Positions 45,774 to 54,979 of a stretch of DNA of 64,000 nt are shown in pieces. A program made the translations under genes and the position numbers. Below the pieces are notes generated by a model. The model had not been told where the DNA came from. It saw nothing but the letters and a program-made list of their open reading frames with translations, and ran no database searches. Each line of letters begins with the position of its first letter. Within the stretch, counting starts at the first letter, position 1. The stretch spans positions 96,001-160,000 of the forward strand of contig CAVTHO010000008.1 in assembly GCA_963734545.1 (NCBI GenBank), in the 5' to 3' direction. This stretch comes from an uncultured Spirochaetota bacterium (GTDB taxonomy: Bacteria; Spirochaetota; Spirochaetia; SZUA-6; Fen-1364).

Positions 45774-47105
45774 TCAGGACCAGGCGTCCCTCTCCTTCAG
45801 CCGGCTCTGCAGCGTCCGCCGGCTGATGCCCAGCTCGGCGGCTGCCTTCGTCCTGTTGCCCCCGTGCCGGGCGAGCACCTTCTCGATCAGCTCTCTCTCC
45901 TGGTCTCTCAGCCTCCCCTTCTTGGGTGTGCGCGCAGGGGACGCGAACGGCTCCCCCAGGTCACGCGCGCTGATGCGGTCTCCCGCGCAGAGGATGTGCG
46001 CGCGCTCGATCCTGTTTTCCAGCTCGCGCACGTTGCCGGGAAACGCATAAGCCTGAAGGCGCGCCAGCGCGTCCGGCTCGAGCCCGCTTACCTTTCGACC
46101 CCTTTCCCTGTTCAGCTTTTCCATGAACAGCCCCGCAAGCCGGGGAATGTCCTCGCGCCTTTCACGCAGCGGGGGGATCTCTATACGGATGACGTTCAGC
46201 CGGTAATAGAGGTCCTCGCGGAACTTCCCCTGCTTCAGGAGCGCTTCCAGGTCTCGATTGGTTGCGGCCACGATGCGGGCGTTGATCGGGATGGCGGTGG
46301 TGCCCCCGAGACGCTGCACGCGCCGCTCCTGCAGCACGCGCAGGAGCTTCACCTGAAGATGCATCGGCATGTCCCCGATCTCGTCGAGAAAGAGCGTTCC
46401 CGAGGAGGCGAGCTCCAGCATCCCGCGCTTGCGATCAGCCGCGCCGGTGAAGGCGCCCTTCTCATATCCGAAGAGCTCGCTCTCCAGCAGCGTGTCAGGG
46501 ATGCCGCCGATGTTGATGGCAACGAAAGGCCCGTTCGGCGTGACGGAGAGCGCGTGGACCAGCCGGGCAATGACCTCCTTGCCAGTGCCGCTTTCCCCGG
46601 TGACAAGCACCGTGGAGGGTGTCGGTGCAACCCTTTCCACGAGCAGGCGCACCTCGCGCATCTTCTCCCCGTCCCCGATCCACGCGTCAGCGCCGCGGGC
46701 AGATGCATCCGCGGCCTGCCGGCCTGCTTCCGCCTGGCTGGCCAGGGCGCTTTCCGCGAACAGCCTGCGCAGGCGCAGGAGAAGCTCCTCGGGGTCGAAT
46801 GGCTTCACCAGGTAGTCGCGCGCGCCGAGCTTCATTGCGGAAACGGCGTCACGCACATCGCCGTAGGCGGAGATGATGATCGTGGGCACAGGGGGGCCCG
46901 CGTCCCGCAGCCAGGTGAGCAGCGCGAGCCCGTCCATCGCCGGCATCCTCAGGTCCAGCACGAGACCGTCGAACACATCGGTCTCCAGAAGCGCCCGGGC
47001 CGCGATCCCGTCCGCTGCCGTAGCGGTTTCGATGCCTTCGGCGGCAATATAGGCCGCGATGGATTCCCGGATATTCTTCTCGTCGTCGGCAATCAGCACC
47101 TTCAC
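45774..47105 (-). CDS. Sigma54-dependent response regulator (NtrC/ZraR/AtoC family)
   Basis: ADDE, DLRMP, GESGTGKE, GAFTGA, DEIG and Fis HTH. Confidence 0.92.
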   Translation of the reverse strand: MKVLIADDEKNIRESIAAYIAAEGIETATAADGIAARALLETDVFDGLVLDLRMPAMDGLALLTWLRDAGPPVPTIIISAYGDVRDAVSAMKLGARDYLVKPFDPEELLLRLRRLFAESALASQAEAGRQAADASARGADAWIGDGEKMREVRLLVERVAPTPSTVLVTGESGTGKEVIARLVHALSVTPNGPFVAINIGGIPDTLLESELFGYEKGAFTGAADRKRGMLELASSGTLFLDEIGDMPMHLQVKLLRVLQERRVQRLGGTTAIPINARIVAATNRDLEALLKQGKFREDLYYRLNVIRIEIPPLRERREDIPRLAGLFMEKLNRERGRKVSGLEPDALARLQAYAFPGNVRELENRIERAHILCAGDRISARDLGEPFASPARTPKKGRLRDQERELIEKVLARHGGNRTKAAAELGISRRTLQSRLKERDAWS

Positions 47106-48373
47106 GGCGCGGCTCCTTCCGGCAGGGCGACCCTCGCCTCGATGCCCCCGCCGCTTCGGGGCGCCAGCGTCAGGGTCCCGCCTGCCGCCTCGACGAATCG
47201 CCGGGCCAGCGAAAGGCCGATTCCCGAGCCGTGGATCTTGTCGGTGTAGAAGGGGTCGAATACTTTCTCTCGCAGCTCGACGGGGATGCCCCTGCCGCAA
47301 TCCCGGACCGCGATGACGATGCGCGTCTCTTCACGCAGGAGCGCGATCTCCACGGGACGGTGCGCAGTGGCCTCGCCGTAGCTCTCCCAGGCGTTTCGCA
47401 CGAGGTTCTCCATCACCGAGCGCAGCAGGTCCCTGTCGAACGCCACCTGCCAGTGAGGCAGCGCGGGGTCCACCTGAACGGGGTAGGAGAACCGGCGGGC
47501 GAGATCGGGGAGGAACTCGCCGAGATCGATCTTCTGCTGCGTGCCGGCCGGGTTCTTCAGGAAATCTCCGACCCGGCGGGCAAGAACATTCAGCCTGTCG
47601 GTCTCTTCTTCGATGACATCCAGCTCCCGCGCAGCCCCGTCGGGTATCTTCTTCCTCAACAGGCTGGTCTGGATCCTGATTGCGCTGAGCGGGTTTCGAA
47701 TCTCGTGGGCCAGGGTTCGCGCCGACTCGCCCAGCCGGGCAAGTCTTTCCCGCTCTTCCGCCCTGCGCCGGTACCGCTGGTTGCTGATCACCAGGGCGAG
47801 AAACAGGGCGGCGAGCCCTGCCACGAGCAGCGGCGCCCCGACTGCCGCCACCCCGTAGAGAGACCGCGTGCGATAGAATCCGCGGATGTCCATCGACAGA
47901 AAGACCGTGCCGCCCGTCACCGCCCTGTTCCCGCGCAGCCCTGGGCCGCCCTGCATCATGCTTCTCATTTCAGGACCGGTGCCGTCCCGCATCATGCGCC
48001 GCATCCCCGGGCCCCCCATGCCGAGGGTTCGCACGAGGGAGAGAGTCCGGCGGGGCTCGTCGTAGGCGAATGCCGTGGACGCGCCCCCCGGCTGCAGAGC
48101 AGCCGGCGCGTCACCAAAGCCGGCAACGATGCCGCCCGGCCCATAGATGCCGAACCCGAGGATACGGGAGTCGAGGCCGGCCGGATCGACGCTTCCCTGC
48201 GACCTGTAGGTGTCCACGAGGCCGGCAGCAATCCGGTCAGCCTCGTACTCGACGAGGATCTGCGCGCGGCGGGACTCCCCCGAGATGAAAAACACGGAGA
48301 GAAGGGCGAGCCCTGCAGACAGCACGACAAAGGCAGGAACGAGGAATCGGGTCTCGCGGGGGCGCACACTCAT
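47102..48373 (-). CDS. Sensor histidine kinase (ZraS-like, Met/Gly-rich periplasmic loop)
   Basis: Two TMs; AHEIRNPL, N box, DCGRG and GSGIGL motifs. Confidence 0.9.
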   Translation of the reverse strand: MSVRPRETRFLVPAFVVLSAGLALLSVFFISGESRRAQILVEYEADRIAAGLVDTYRSQGSVDPAGLDSRILGFGIYGPGGIVAGFGDAPAALQPGGASTAFAYDEPRRTLSLVRTLGMGGPGMRRMMRDGTGPEMRSMMQGGPGLRGNRAVTGGTVFLSMDIRGFYRTRSLYGVAAVGAPLLVAGLAALFLALVISNQRYRRRAEERERLARLGESARTLAHEIRNPLSAIRIQTSLLRKKIPDGAARELDVIEEETDRLNVLARRVGDFLKNPAGTQQKIDLGEFLPDLARRFSYPVQVDPALPHWQVAFDRDLLRSVMENLVRNAWESYGEATAHRPVEIALLREETRIVIAVRDCGRGIPVELREKVFDPFYTDKIHGSGIGLSLARRFVEAAGGTLTLAPRSGGGIEARVALPEGAAP

Positions 48374-48450
48374 CCGGCGCAATGATAACTCCTCTGAAAA
48401 CAAAGAGCCAGCGACGGCGCCGGCTCTCGATTCAGGAAGGATAGCGCGGC

Positions 48451-48957
48451 TTAGAACTCGCCGTATCCCCAGCCACCCATCATGGGGCCGCCGCCAGAGC
48501 CGCATCCCCTGCCTCCGGCCCATCCTCTGCGGGGACCGGCGCCATAGGCGCCCGCCATCCGCCCCCGGTACTGGGTAAGGTCGTAGGCCTTGCCGTCTAT
48601 GGTGGCTTTTGTCACGAACAGGTCGATGTTCTTGTCATCTCCCTGCTGCCACCTCGGCGTGCCCTGCACGAGGTAGCCTTCGACCGTGACCTGCGCCCCC
48701 TCTTTTATGCCTGAGCGATAGACGAGGAACCGGGGCACCATCAGCTCGTACACCTTGTCGCCGCTCTTCATCGTCGGGTGAATGAGGTTGTCGATCGATA
48801 CACTGCCCGTCACCACTATCTTCTGGCCGGTGGGTGCCTGCGCTCCCGGCCCGCCTCCGGGGCCAGTTGCCGAGGGCTCGTTCTGGCCGTTCGCAAAAGC
48901 CATGCCGGCAAGCGCCAGTCCAAGCACCAGCGAAACTGTGAAAACCTTCTTTGCCAT
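48451..48957 (-). CDS. Exported protein with a Gly-rich tail
   Basis: AFANG signal peptide; GAGGAGG RBS; sigma54 promoter upstream. Confidence 0.75.
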   Translation of the reverse strand: MAKKVFTVSLVLGLALAGMAFANGQNEPSATGPGGGPGAQAPTGQKIVVTGSVSIDNLIHPTMKSGDKVYELMVPRFLVYRSGIKEGAQVTVEGYLVQGTPRWQQGDDKNIDLFVTKATIDGKAYDLTQYRGRMAGAYGAGPRRGWAGGRGCGSGGGPMMGGWGYGEF

Positions 48958-48990
48958 GTTCAGCCTCCTCATGGTTTCTGGCCGTCATAT

Positions 48991-49007
48991 TGCATAGAGC
49001 ATGCCAA
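48991..49007 (-). promoter_or_regulatory. Sigma54 -24/-12 promoter
   Basis: TTGGCATGCTCTATGCA (GG-N10-GC). Confidence 0.75.
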
Positions 49008-49096
49008 GTCGAGGTCCACACAACCATGAAAACGCGGTGAAATGCCTTAAAAAGAAGATGCGTTCGCTCGGAAACGCCCGTCCTTTCACGGAAGGT

Positions 49097-49140
49097 GCGC
49101 AATAACTGCGCAGCGCCGGTTTTCCGCGCAGTTGTTGCGC
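49097..49140. promoter_or_regulatory. Paired enhancer (UAS) sites
   Basis: GCGCA-N5-TGCGC at 49097-49111 and 49126-49140. Confidence 0.6.
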
Positions 49141-49153
49141 GCGTGAGCCGGCT

Positions 49154-49363
49154 TCAGGCCGCGCTCTTCTTCTTCGTCGAAATACCGAACAGAAGATACA
49201 GCGGGCAGGTCCCGACGAGACCTGTTGCCAGGAAGATAACCGCAAGGATCCCGAGGATGACGGCGGCAGCCATCGAAAGCTGGTTGGCAAAGAACAACAC
49301 TGCTACTACGGCTGCAAGAACGATCCTGATCACCCGGTCCACACTACCCATGTTCCGTTTCAT
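49154..49363 (-). CDS. DUF2892 (YgaP-like) membrane protein
   Basis: MKRNMGSVDRVIR...GTCPLY..FGIST. Confidence 0.88.
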   Translation of the reverse strand: MKRNMGSVDRVIRIVLAAVVAVLFFANQLSMAAAVILGILAVIFLATGLVGTCPLYLLFGISTKKKSAA

Positions 49364-49398
49364 CTTTTTCCTCCTACGAAGAATTTGATCACGGTAAC

Positions 49399-49441
49399 AA
49401 AGTAGATGAGAACAGCGGAATTATCAGTGACTTTCATCACA
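49399..49441 (-). promoter_or_regulatory. Class II CRP/FNR-type promoter
   Basis: Minus-strand TGTGA-TGAAAG-TCACT at 49441-49426; TACTTT at 49404-49399. Confidence 0.7.
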
Positions 49442-49462
49442 AAAGGATTCGCCTCCTCCCTC

Positions 49463-49498
49463 TTGACAATATCAGGTAATTTGGCTAAACTGCCAAAT
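49463..49498 (+). promoter_or_regulatory. ars promoter and ArsR operator
   Basis: TTGACA-N17-TAAACT with an ATTTGGC/GCCAAAT inverted repeat flanking the -10 box. Confidence 0.8.
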
Positions 49499-49502
49499 AA
49501 CC

Positions 49503-49823
49503 ATGGATACAAAGACAGCCAGAAAATACGAGCGGCGTGCGGCCGTCATCAAGGCACTCGCCCACCCCAGCCGCCTGTATATCGTCGACAGGCTGGCCGA
49601 GCATGAGCACTGCGTCAACGAGCTGACCGCACTGATCGGCAGCGACATGTCAACCGTTTCCAAGCACCTGAGCGTGCTGAAGAACGCGGGAGTTGTTCAG
49701 GATGAGAAGCGCGGGGCCTCAATCTACTACTCATTGCGCATCTCCTGCATCCTTAATTTTTTCAAATGCGCTGATGCTGTCATCGACGCGATACAAAAAG
49801 AGCAGAGCGCTCTGACGGAATAG
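49503..49823 (+). CDS. arsR: ArsR/SmtB repressor
   Basis: [14 protein letters not shown] and STVSKHL motifs. Confidence 0.9.
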   Translation: MDTKTARKYERRAAVIKALAHPSRLYIVDRLAEHEHCVNELTALIGSDMSTVSKHLSVLKNAGVVQDEKRGASIYYSLRISCILNFFKCADAVIDAIQKEQSALTE

Positions 49824-49852
49824 GCTTCACACCAGCACGCGAGGGAGGACAA

Positions 49853-50935
49853 ATGAAAACACGCGCTATCGGCAGGCTCTCGTTCCTGGACCGGTTCCTC
49901 ACACTGTGGATTTTCCTGGCCATGGCAGCGGGAGTCGCGCTGGGGTATCTGGTCCCTGGCGTGGAGCCATTCATGAACAGGTTCCAGGCAGGCACCACGA
50001 ACATCCCCATTGCGGTGGGCCTTATCCTGATGATGTATCCCGTGCTTGCCAAGGTGCGCTACGAAGCCTTCGGTACCGTGTTCCGCCACGGCAAGGTCCT
50101 CACTCTGTCACTCGTTGCGAACTGGATCATCGGCCCGATCATCATGTTCGGCCTCGCCATCCTGTTCCTGCGGGGACATCAGGAATATGCGGTCGGACTG
50201 ATCCTCGTCGGACTGGCCCGATGCATTGCCATGGTGCTGGTGTGGAATGACCTGGCCAAGGCGGACAGGGACCTCGTTGCGGGCCTCGTGGCCTTCAACG
50301 CGGTTTTCCAGGTGCTCTTCTACAGCGTCTATGCCTGGATCTTCGTCACGATTCTTCCTCCGCTGTTCGGCATGAAGGGAACCCTGGTGGAAGTGAAGAT
50401 GGCGGAGATCGCGAAAAGCGTCTTCGTCTACCTGGGCATCCCGTTCATCCTGGGAATCATCACGCGATTCAGCCTGATCGGCCTGAAAGGGAGGGACTGG
50501 TACGAAGGAAAATTCGTCCCCAGGATCGCGCCGATCACCCTGGCCGCTCTTCTTTTCACCATCGTCGTCATGTTCTCCCTCAAGGGGAACCTGATCATCC
50601 AGCTGCCCCTCGATGTGGTGCGCGTGGCGGTGCCCCTTGCCCTCTACTTCGTGATCATGTTCGCGATCACGTTCTTCCTTTCCCGGAGGCTCGGCGCCGC
50701 CTACGAGCCGACGGCCACGGTTGCGCTCACCGCGGCCAGCAACGATTTCGAGCTGGCCATTGCTGTGGCCGTTGCGGTATTCGGGATAGGGTCCGGAGTC
50801 GCCTTTGCAACGGTCATCGGCCCTCTGGTTGAGGTTCCCGTCATGCTGGGGCTTGTGAATGTCTCGCTATGGTTGAGGAAAAAACTATTTGCGGCAGGTC
50901 CCTCGGATGGCCGCGTGAAGGAAAGGGTTCGATGA
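49853..50935 (+). CDS. acr3: ACR3 arsenite efflux transporter
   Basis: [29 protein letters not shown] and GPLVEVP motifs. Confidence 0.92.
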   Translation: MKTRAIGRLSFLDRFLTLWIFLAMAAGVALGYLVPGVEPFMNRFQAGTTNIPIAVGLILMMYPVLAKVRYEAFGTVFRHGKVLTLSLVANWIIGPIIMFGLAILFLRGHQEYAVGLILVGLARCIAMVLVWNDLAKADRDLVAGLVAFNAVFQVLFYSVYAWIFVTILPPLFGMKGTLVEVKMAEIAKSVFVYLGIPFILGIITRFSLIGLKGRDWYEGKFVPRIAPITLAALLFTIVVMFSLKGNLIIQLPLDVVRVAVPLALYFVIMFAITFFLSRRLGAAYEPTATVALTAASNDFELAIAVAVAVFGIGSGVAFATVIGPLVEVPVMLGLVNVSLWLRKKLFAAGPSDGRVKERVR

Positions 50936-52012
50936 GCGACGAGGTTCAAAGGTCTGCACGGCGGCCCGCAGAAAAGGTTCCTGCTGCGGGGAGGTGGCTG
51001 CTGTGGATTCTCGTTGCCCTGGCAGCGGCCGCGGCATGGTGGCTCGTGTACAGCAACCTCGAGCGCTTTGCCAACTGGCTCGTGTATGGGGCCTTTGGAA
51101 TGCCAGCCGGCACCCGGCTTGCCTCCGCCATCGCGTTCTTCATTTTCGAGGCGCCCAAGGTCCTGATGCTGCTGCTCGTGGTGGTCTTCGGTGTGGGAAT
51201 CGTACGCTCATTCTTTACACCGGAACGAACCCGGCGGCTTCTCGCCGGCCGCCGGCAGACGGCTGGGGAACGTGCTCGCTTCCCTGCTGGGAGTGGTGAC
51301 CCCATTCTGCTCCTGCTCGGCTGTGCCGCTGTTCATCGGCTTCGTCACCACGGGAGTCCCCCTCGGAGTCACCTTTTCCTTCCTCATCGCCGCTCCCATG
51401 ATCAACGAAGTGGCGCTCGTCCTCCTGTTCGGTCTTTTCGGCTGGAAGGTGGCGGCGCTCTATCTGGGAACCGGTCTCGTCATCGCAATGATCGCGGGCT
51501 GGGTGATCGGGAAGCTGCGCCTGGAGCGCTGGGTGGAAGGCTGGGTGTACGCCACGGCGCCAGCTTCCTCCACGGCCGGGTCAGAAGAGCGGATGAGCTG
51601 GACCGAGCGCTGTCTCTTCGGCCGTGATGCGGTGAGGGATATCGTCAGCAGGGTCTGGCCGTACGTGCTTGCCGGAATCGCTGTAGGTGCCGGCATCCAC
51701 GGCTATGTCCCCGAGCAGCTCATGGCCTCGATCATGGGAAAGGGAGCCTGGTGGTCCGTGCCGCTGGCAGTGATGATCGGGATCCCCATGTACTCCAACG
51801 CAGCCGGCATCATCCCCGTGGTGCAGGCGCTTCTGGAGAAAGGCGCTGCGCTGGGGACCGTGCTTGCATTCATGATGTCGGTGATCGGGCTGTCCCTGCC
51901 CGAAGTCGTGATTTTACGCAAGGTTCTCAAGCTGCCGCTCATCGCCACTTTCGTTGGTGTCGTCGGTTTCGGCATCCTGATCGTCGGCTATCTGTTCAAT
52001 ATCGTGCTGTAA
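50932..52012 (+). CDS. DUF318/ArsP permease, frameshifted near 51265
   Basis: N-terminal part in one frame; [16 protein letters not shown] and LSLPE in the next; shift at a GGGG run. Confidence 0.8.
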
Positions 52013-52053
52013 GGCGCTGAGCCTGCGTCCACAGTCAAGAGGAGGTGCCTGAT

Positions 52054-52290
52054 ATGAAGATCGAAGTGCTGGGAACGGGCTGCCCGAAGTGCATGAGCCT
52101 GGAGCAGAACGTGAAGAAGGCCATCACTGAGCTCGCCGTCCAGGCGGAGGTGGAGAAAGTGACCGACATCCAGAAGATCATCCAGCGAGGCGTCATGTCG
52201 ACCCCGGCCCTGGTGATCGACGGCAAGGTGGTGCTCCAGGGAAAGAATCCCACGGTGGACCAGCTCAAGCAGCTCATCACAAGGGCATGA
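52054..52290 (+). CDS. Small redox-active disulfide protein 2 (MTH895-like)
   Basis: LGTGCPKC and GVMSTPALVIDG motifs. Confidence 0.88.
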   Translation: MKIEVLGTGCPKCMSLEQNVKKAITELAVQAEVEKVTDIQKIIQRGVMSTPALVIDGKVVLQGKNPTVDQLKQLITRA

Positions 52291-52293
52291 CCG

Positions 52294-52563
52294 ATGAAGA
52301 ACTATGGAACATGGAAGGGAACACCGCGGGAACAGATCCCCTGGTATCCTACGGTGGATTCCGCCAGGTGCGCGGGCTGCCGCAAATGTTTCGAGTTCTG
52401 CAGCCACGGCGTGTACGGCTGGGATGAGCGCATGGGCACCCCGACGGTGATCGAGCCTTTCCAGTGCGTCGTGGGGTGCAGCAGTTGCTCCCACCAGTGC
52501 GATGCGGAAGCGATCGCCTTCCCTCCCCTGACGATACTGAAAGAGTTCTTGAAGAGCGTATGA
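52294..52563 (+). CDS. 2[4Fe-4S] ferredoxin
   Basis: CAGCRKCFEFC and CVVGCSSCSHQC. Confidence 0.88.
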   Translation: MKNYGTWKGTPREQIPWYPTVDSARCAGCRKCFEFCSHGVYGWDERMGTPTVIEPFQCVVGCSSCSHQCDAEAIAFPPLTILKEFLKSV

Positions 52564-52898
52564 TCCGCACCTCGATAAATGCGGGAGTGTGCGGCTTTCA
52601 CACCACCGTTGCCGCTCGTTCCGATGACATGCAGATGGTGAGCATGGAGATCTCAAGCGAGTGCGAGAAAATTCGCGGGCTTGCGGAAGCCCTGAAGCTT
52701 CCCGTCGACGCCTATCAGGAGATCGGCGACGGGTCCGATGGAATCGTGCTCAAGGCGGCACGCTCGCGCTTGACGGGCTGCTGCGCCGGCTGCGCAGTGC
52801 CGAGCGCTGTTTTCAAGACCGTCCAGGTGGCGGGGGGCGTCGCCTTGCCTGCACCGGTCTCTTTCACCATCGAGCGAATAGAGGAAAACAGGCTGTGA
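52560..52898 (+). CDS. Cys-containing hypothetical protein
   Basis: GVCGF, SEC and CCAGCAVP; ATGA overlap. Confidence 0.7.
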   Translation: MIRTSINAGVCGFHTTVAARSDDMQMVSMEISSECEKIRGLAEALKLPVDAYQEIGDGSDGIVLKAARSRLTGCCAGCAVPSAVFKTVQVAGGVALPAPVSFTIERIEENRL

Positions 52899-52908
52899 AC
52901 ACGGCATC

Positions 52909-53316
52909 ATGGTAACGGGGATCATGGAAAGGATACTGCGGGGCGCAGCCATGGTACTGGTGTTCACGCTGCTGCTTATCGGCTGCACCAAATCGGAAGG
53001 CTCTCAGGCGGTGGACGCAAACCCCAAAGGCAATGAGCTCGTTACCTTCGTAGAGCTTGGGTCCGTCAACTGCATCCCCTGTCGAATGATGCAGCCGGTC
53101 ATGCGGGACATCGAAAGCACATACCGAGGGCAGGTAAAGGTCGTTTTCCATGATGTGTGGACTGAGGAAGGCAAACCGTACGCCAAGCAATTCGGCATTC
53201 GCGTGATTCCTACGCAGGTTTTCCTTGACGCGAACGGCGTCGAGTACTTTCGGCACGAAGGATTCTTCTCCAAGGAACAGCTGGTCGCGGTCCTCAAGGC
53301 GAAGGGCGTGCAATGA
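52909..53316 (+). CDS. Thioredoxin-family lipoprotein
   Basis: LIGC lipobox; CIPC and IPTQVF motifs. Confidence 0.85.
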   Translation: MVTGIMERILRGAAMVLVFTLLLIGCTKSEGSQAVDANPKGNELVTFVELGSVNCIPCRMMQPVMRDIESTYRGQVKVVFHDVWTEEGKPYAKQFGIRVIPTQVFLDANGVEYFRHEGFFSKEQLVAVLKAKGVQ

Positions 53317-54014
53317 GCCTGATCGCGGCGGCATTCACCGCGGTCACAGGCTGGTTCGAAGCCTCGATCGGCATCGCGATCGGGGCCGCATTTCTCTGGG
53401 GCATCTGTTCTGTTGTCCTTTCTCCCTGCCACGTCGCGAGTGTCCCGCTTGTCATCGGGTACGTGAACGGAAAAGGAAGAGTGCCGCCGAAGACAGCGCT
53501 GCTGCTCTCCCTGTCGTTCGCTCTAGGCATCCTGGTAACCATCGCGGTGGTAGGAGGCATCACCGCGGCTTTGGGCAGGATGCTGGGCGATGTCGGGGCG
53601 TTGAAGTACGTGGTGGCTGCCGTGTTCGCCATGGTCGGCCTGTGGCTCATTGGGGTCATCCGGCTGCCGAACCTGACCACGAGGCGTAACGATCGTCTGC
53701 AGGGGCATGGCGCAGCAGGAGCCATCGGACTCGGTCTGGTGTTCGGTCTTGCCCTTGGCCCCTGCTCATTCGGGTTCATGATGCCGCTGCTTGTAGTTGC
53801 TTTCCGGCAGGCCGCCGCTCACCCTATGGCCGCGGCAGGCCTCATCGGCGCGTACGCGCTCGGCCACACGGGGGTGATCGTTCTTGCCGGGACGTTTGCC
53901 AGCGTCGTTCAGCGCTGGCTGGACTGGAACGAGCGCTCCGCGGGCACAAAGATCGTGCGCATCGTGTGCGGAGTGCTTGTAATGACGGCGGGGATCGCCA
54001 TGGCCATTACATAA
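53313..54014 (+). CDS. ccdA: Cytochrome c biogenesis CcdA/DsbD-TM protein
   Basis: LSPCH and GPC motifs; multiple TMs. Confidence 0.85.
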   Translation: MSLIAAAFTAVTGWFEASIGIAIGAAFLWGICSVVLSPCHVASVPLVIGYVNGKGRVPPKTALLLSLSFALGILVTIAVVGGITAALGRMLGDVGALKYVVAAVFAMVGLWLIGVIRLPNLTTRRNDRLQGHGAAGAIGLGLVFGLALGPCSFGFMMPLLVVAFRQAAAHPMAAAGLIGAYALGHTGVIVLAGTFASVVQRWLDWNERSAGTKIVRIVCGVLVMTAGIAMAIT

Positions 54015-54037
54015 AGGAAGACAAATTGCGCGAGCTC

Positions 54038-54069
54038 TTGACCCTGGAACAGGGTCCAGGGTTCATATT
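54038..54069 (+). promoter_or_regulatory. MerR-family (ZntR-like) promoter-operator
   Basis: TTGACC-N20-CATATT with an ACCCTGGA-N6-TCCAGGGT dyad. Confidence 0.65.
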
Positions 54070-54229
54070 ACATCGGCTGGCACCACTACTGGTTGGCGTA
54101 GTGCCCGAAAGGCTGCCGGCTTGAAAACGGCAAAGGTGTTGAGAGACGATTGAACGATTCCCGGCGGGCTCACGGCACTTCGGCTCGTACGTATTCAGCT
54201 CCCTCCGGCATGTACCGATAGTCGTATTG

Positions 54230-54925
54230 ATGACACGCGCGCACGTTTTCCTCCTGCTTTTTCTCCCTGCCGCCATTTTCAGCCAGAATGTCCGGGTCGC
54301 TGAGCTCAGCCTGAGCAGCATCGGCGATTCCCCGCACATGTATACCATCCTTGCGGCCGCCGTGGGGCGCTTCGACGTGGTTGCCGCGGACGATGTGAAG
54401 GATGCCGGCCACATGGAAAAAGTGCTCGCCGCCATGGATGAAAGATGGGAAGCGTGCGGAAATGGAAACGGGGTTTCCGGATTTTTTTACAGCGACCGGG
54501 TCCAGCTCGTAAGGGAGCTGGGTGTCTACGCCAGGAAAGGACAGTTTGCCCGACCCCCTTTTGGAGCACAATTCAGGCTTTCCGGGTCGCGCTTCCTGTT
54601 CAACCTCATTGCCTGCCCCATCACGTCGAACAAGGACAGGAAGGCGGCGGCAGCCGAGATTCTCCATCTCGTCGAGGCATATCGCTATTTCGAGAAGCTG
54701 ACGGGGAATCGAGGGATCACCATCCTGGCCGGGCGCTTCGGCAATGAGCACGCACAGGCGTTCAAATCGCTCCTTGCCGCGGCCAAAGGAGAGGTGATCG
54801 CGGTAAAGGGAGGGGGAAACGAGCGCATGATCGCGAGCGCAGCGCTCCGCCCTCGGATCCAGGATGCAGGTACCGGCCGTGCGGCTCCCCATCCCGTTTA
54901 CGTCGTTCTGAAATCCGGAAAATAG
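54230..54925 (+). CDS. Exported DNase I/EEP-fold protein, degenerate
   Basis: Signal peptide; RFDVVA, FARPPF, ILAGRFG and HPVYV in EEP order. Confidence 0.55.
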   Translation: MTRAHVFLLLFLPAAIFSQNVRVAELSLSSIGDSPHMYTILAAAVGRFDVVAADDVKDAGHMEKVLAAMDERWEACGNGNGVSGFFYSDRVQLVRELGVYARKGQFARPPFGAQFRLSGSRFLFNLIACPITSNKDRKAAAAEILHLVEAYRYFEKLTGNRGITILAGRFGNEHAQAFKSLLAAAKGEVIAVKGGGNERMIASAALRPRIQDAGTGRAAPHPVYVVLKSGK

Positions 54926-54979
54926 GGGAAGGGCTGACGCCGTGGCGCGTCGCCCCTCCCCTTCCTGCCGCTGCCCGGC

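Noticed and set aside
54095-54200. tRNA-Ser(TGA)-like stretch (GTGCCCGA...CTTGAAAAC...CCCTCCGGCA)
   Set aside because: No GTTCRA T-loop or acceptor stem, and the spacing is wrong.
54184-54212. Sigma28 promoter (TCAG-N16-CCGATAGT)
   Set aside because: Weak -35 and a single instance; insufficient support.
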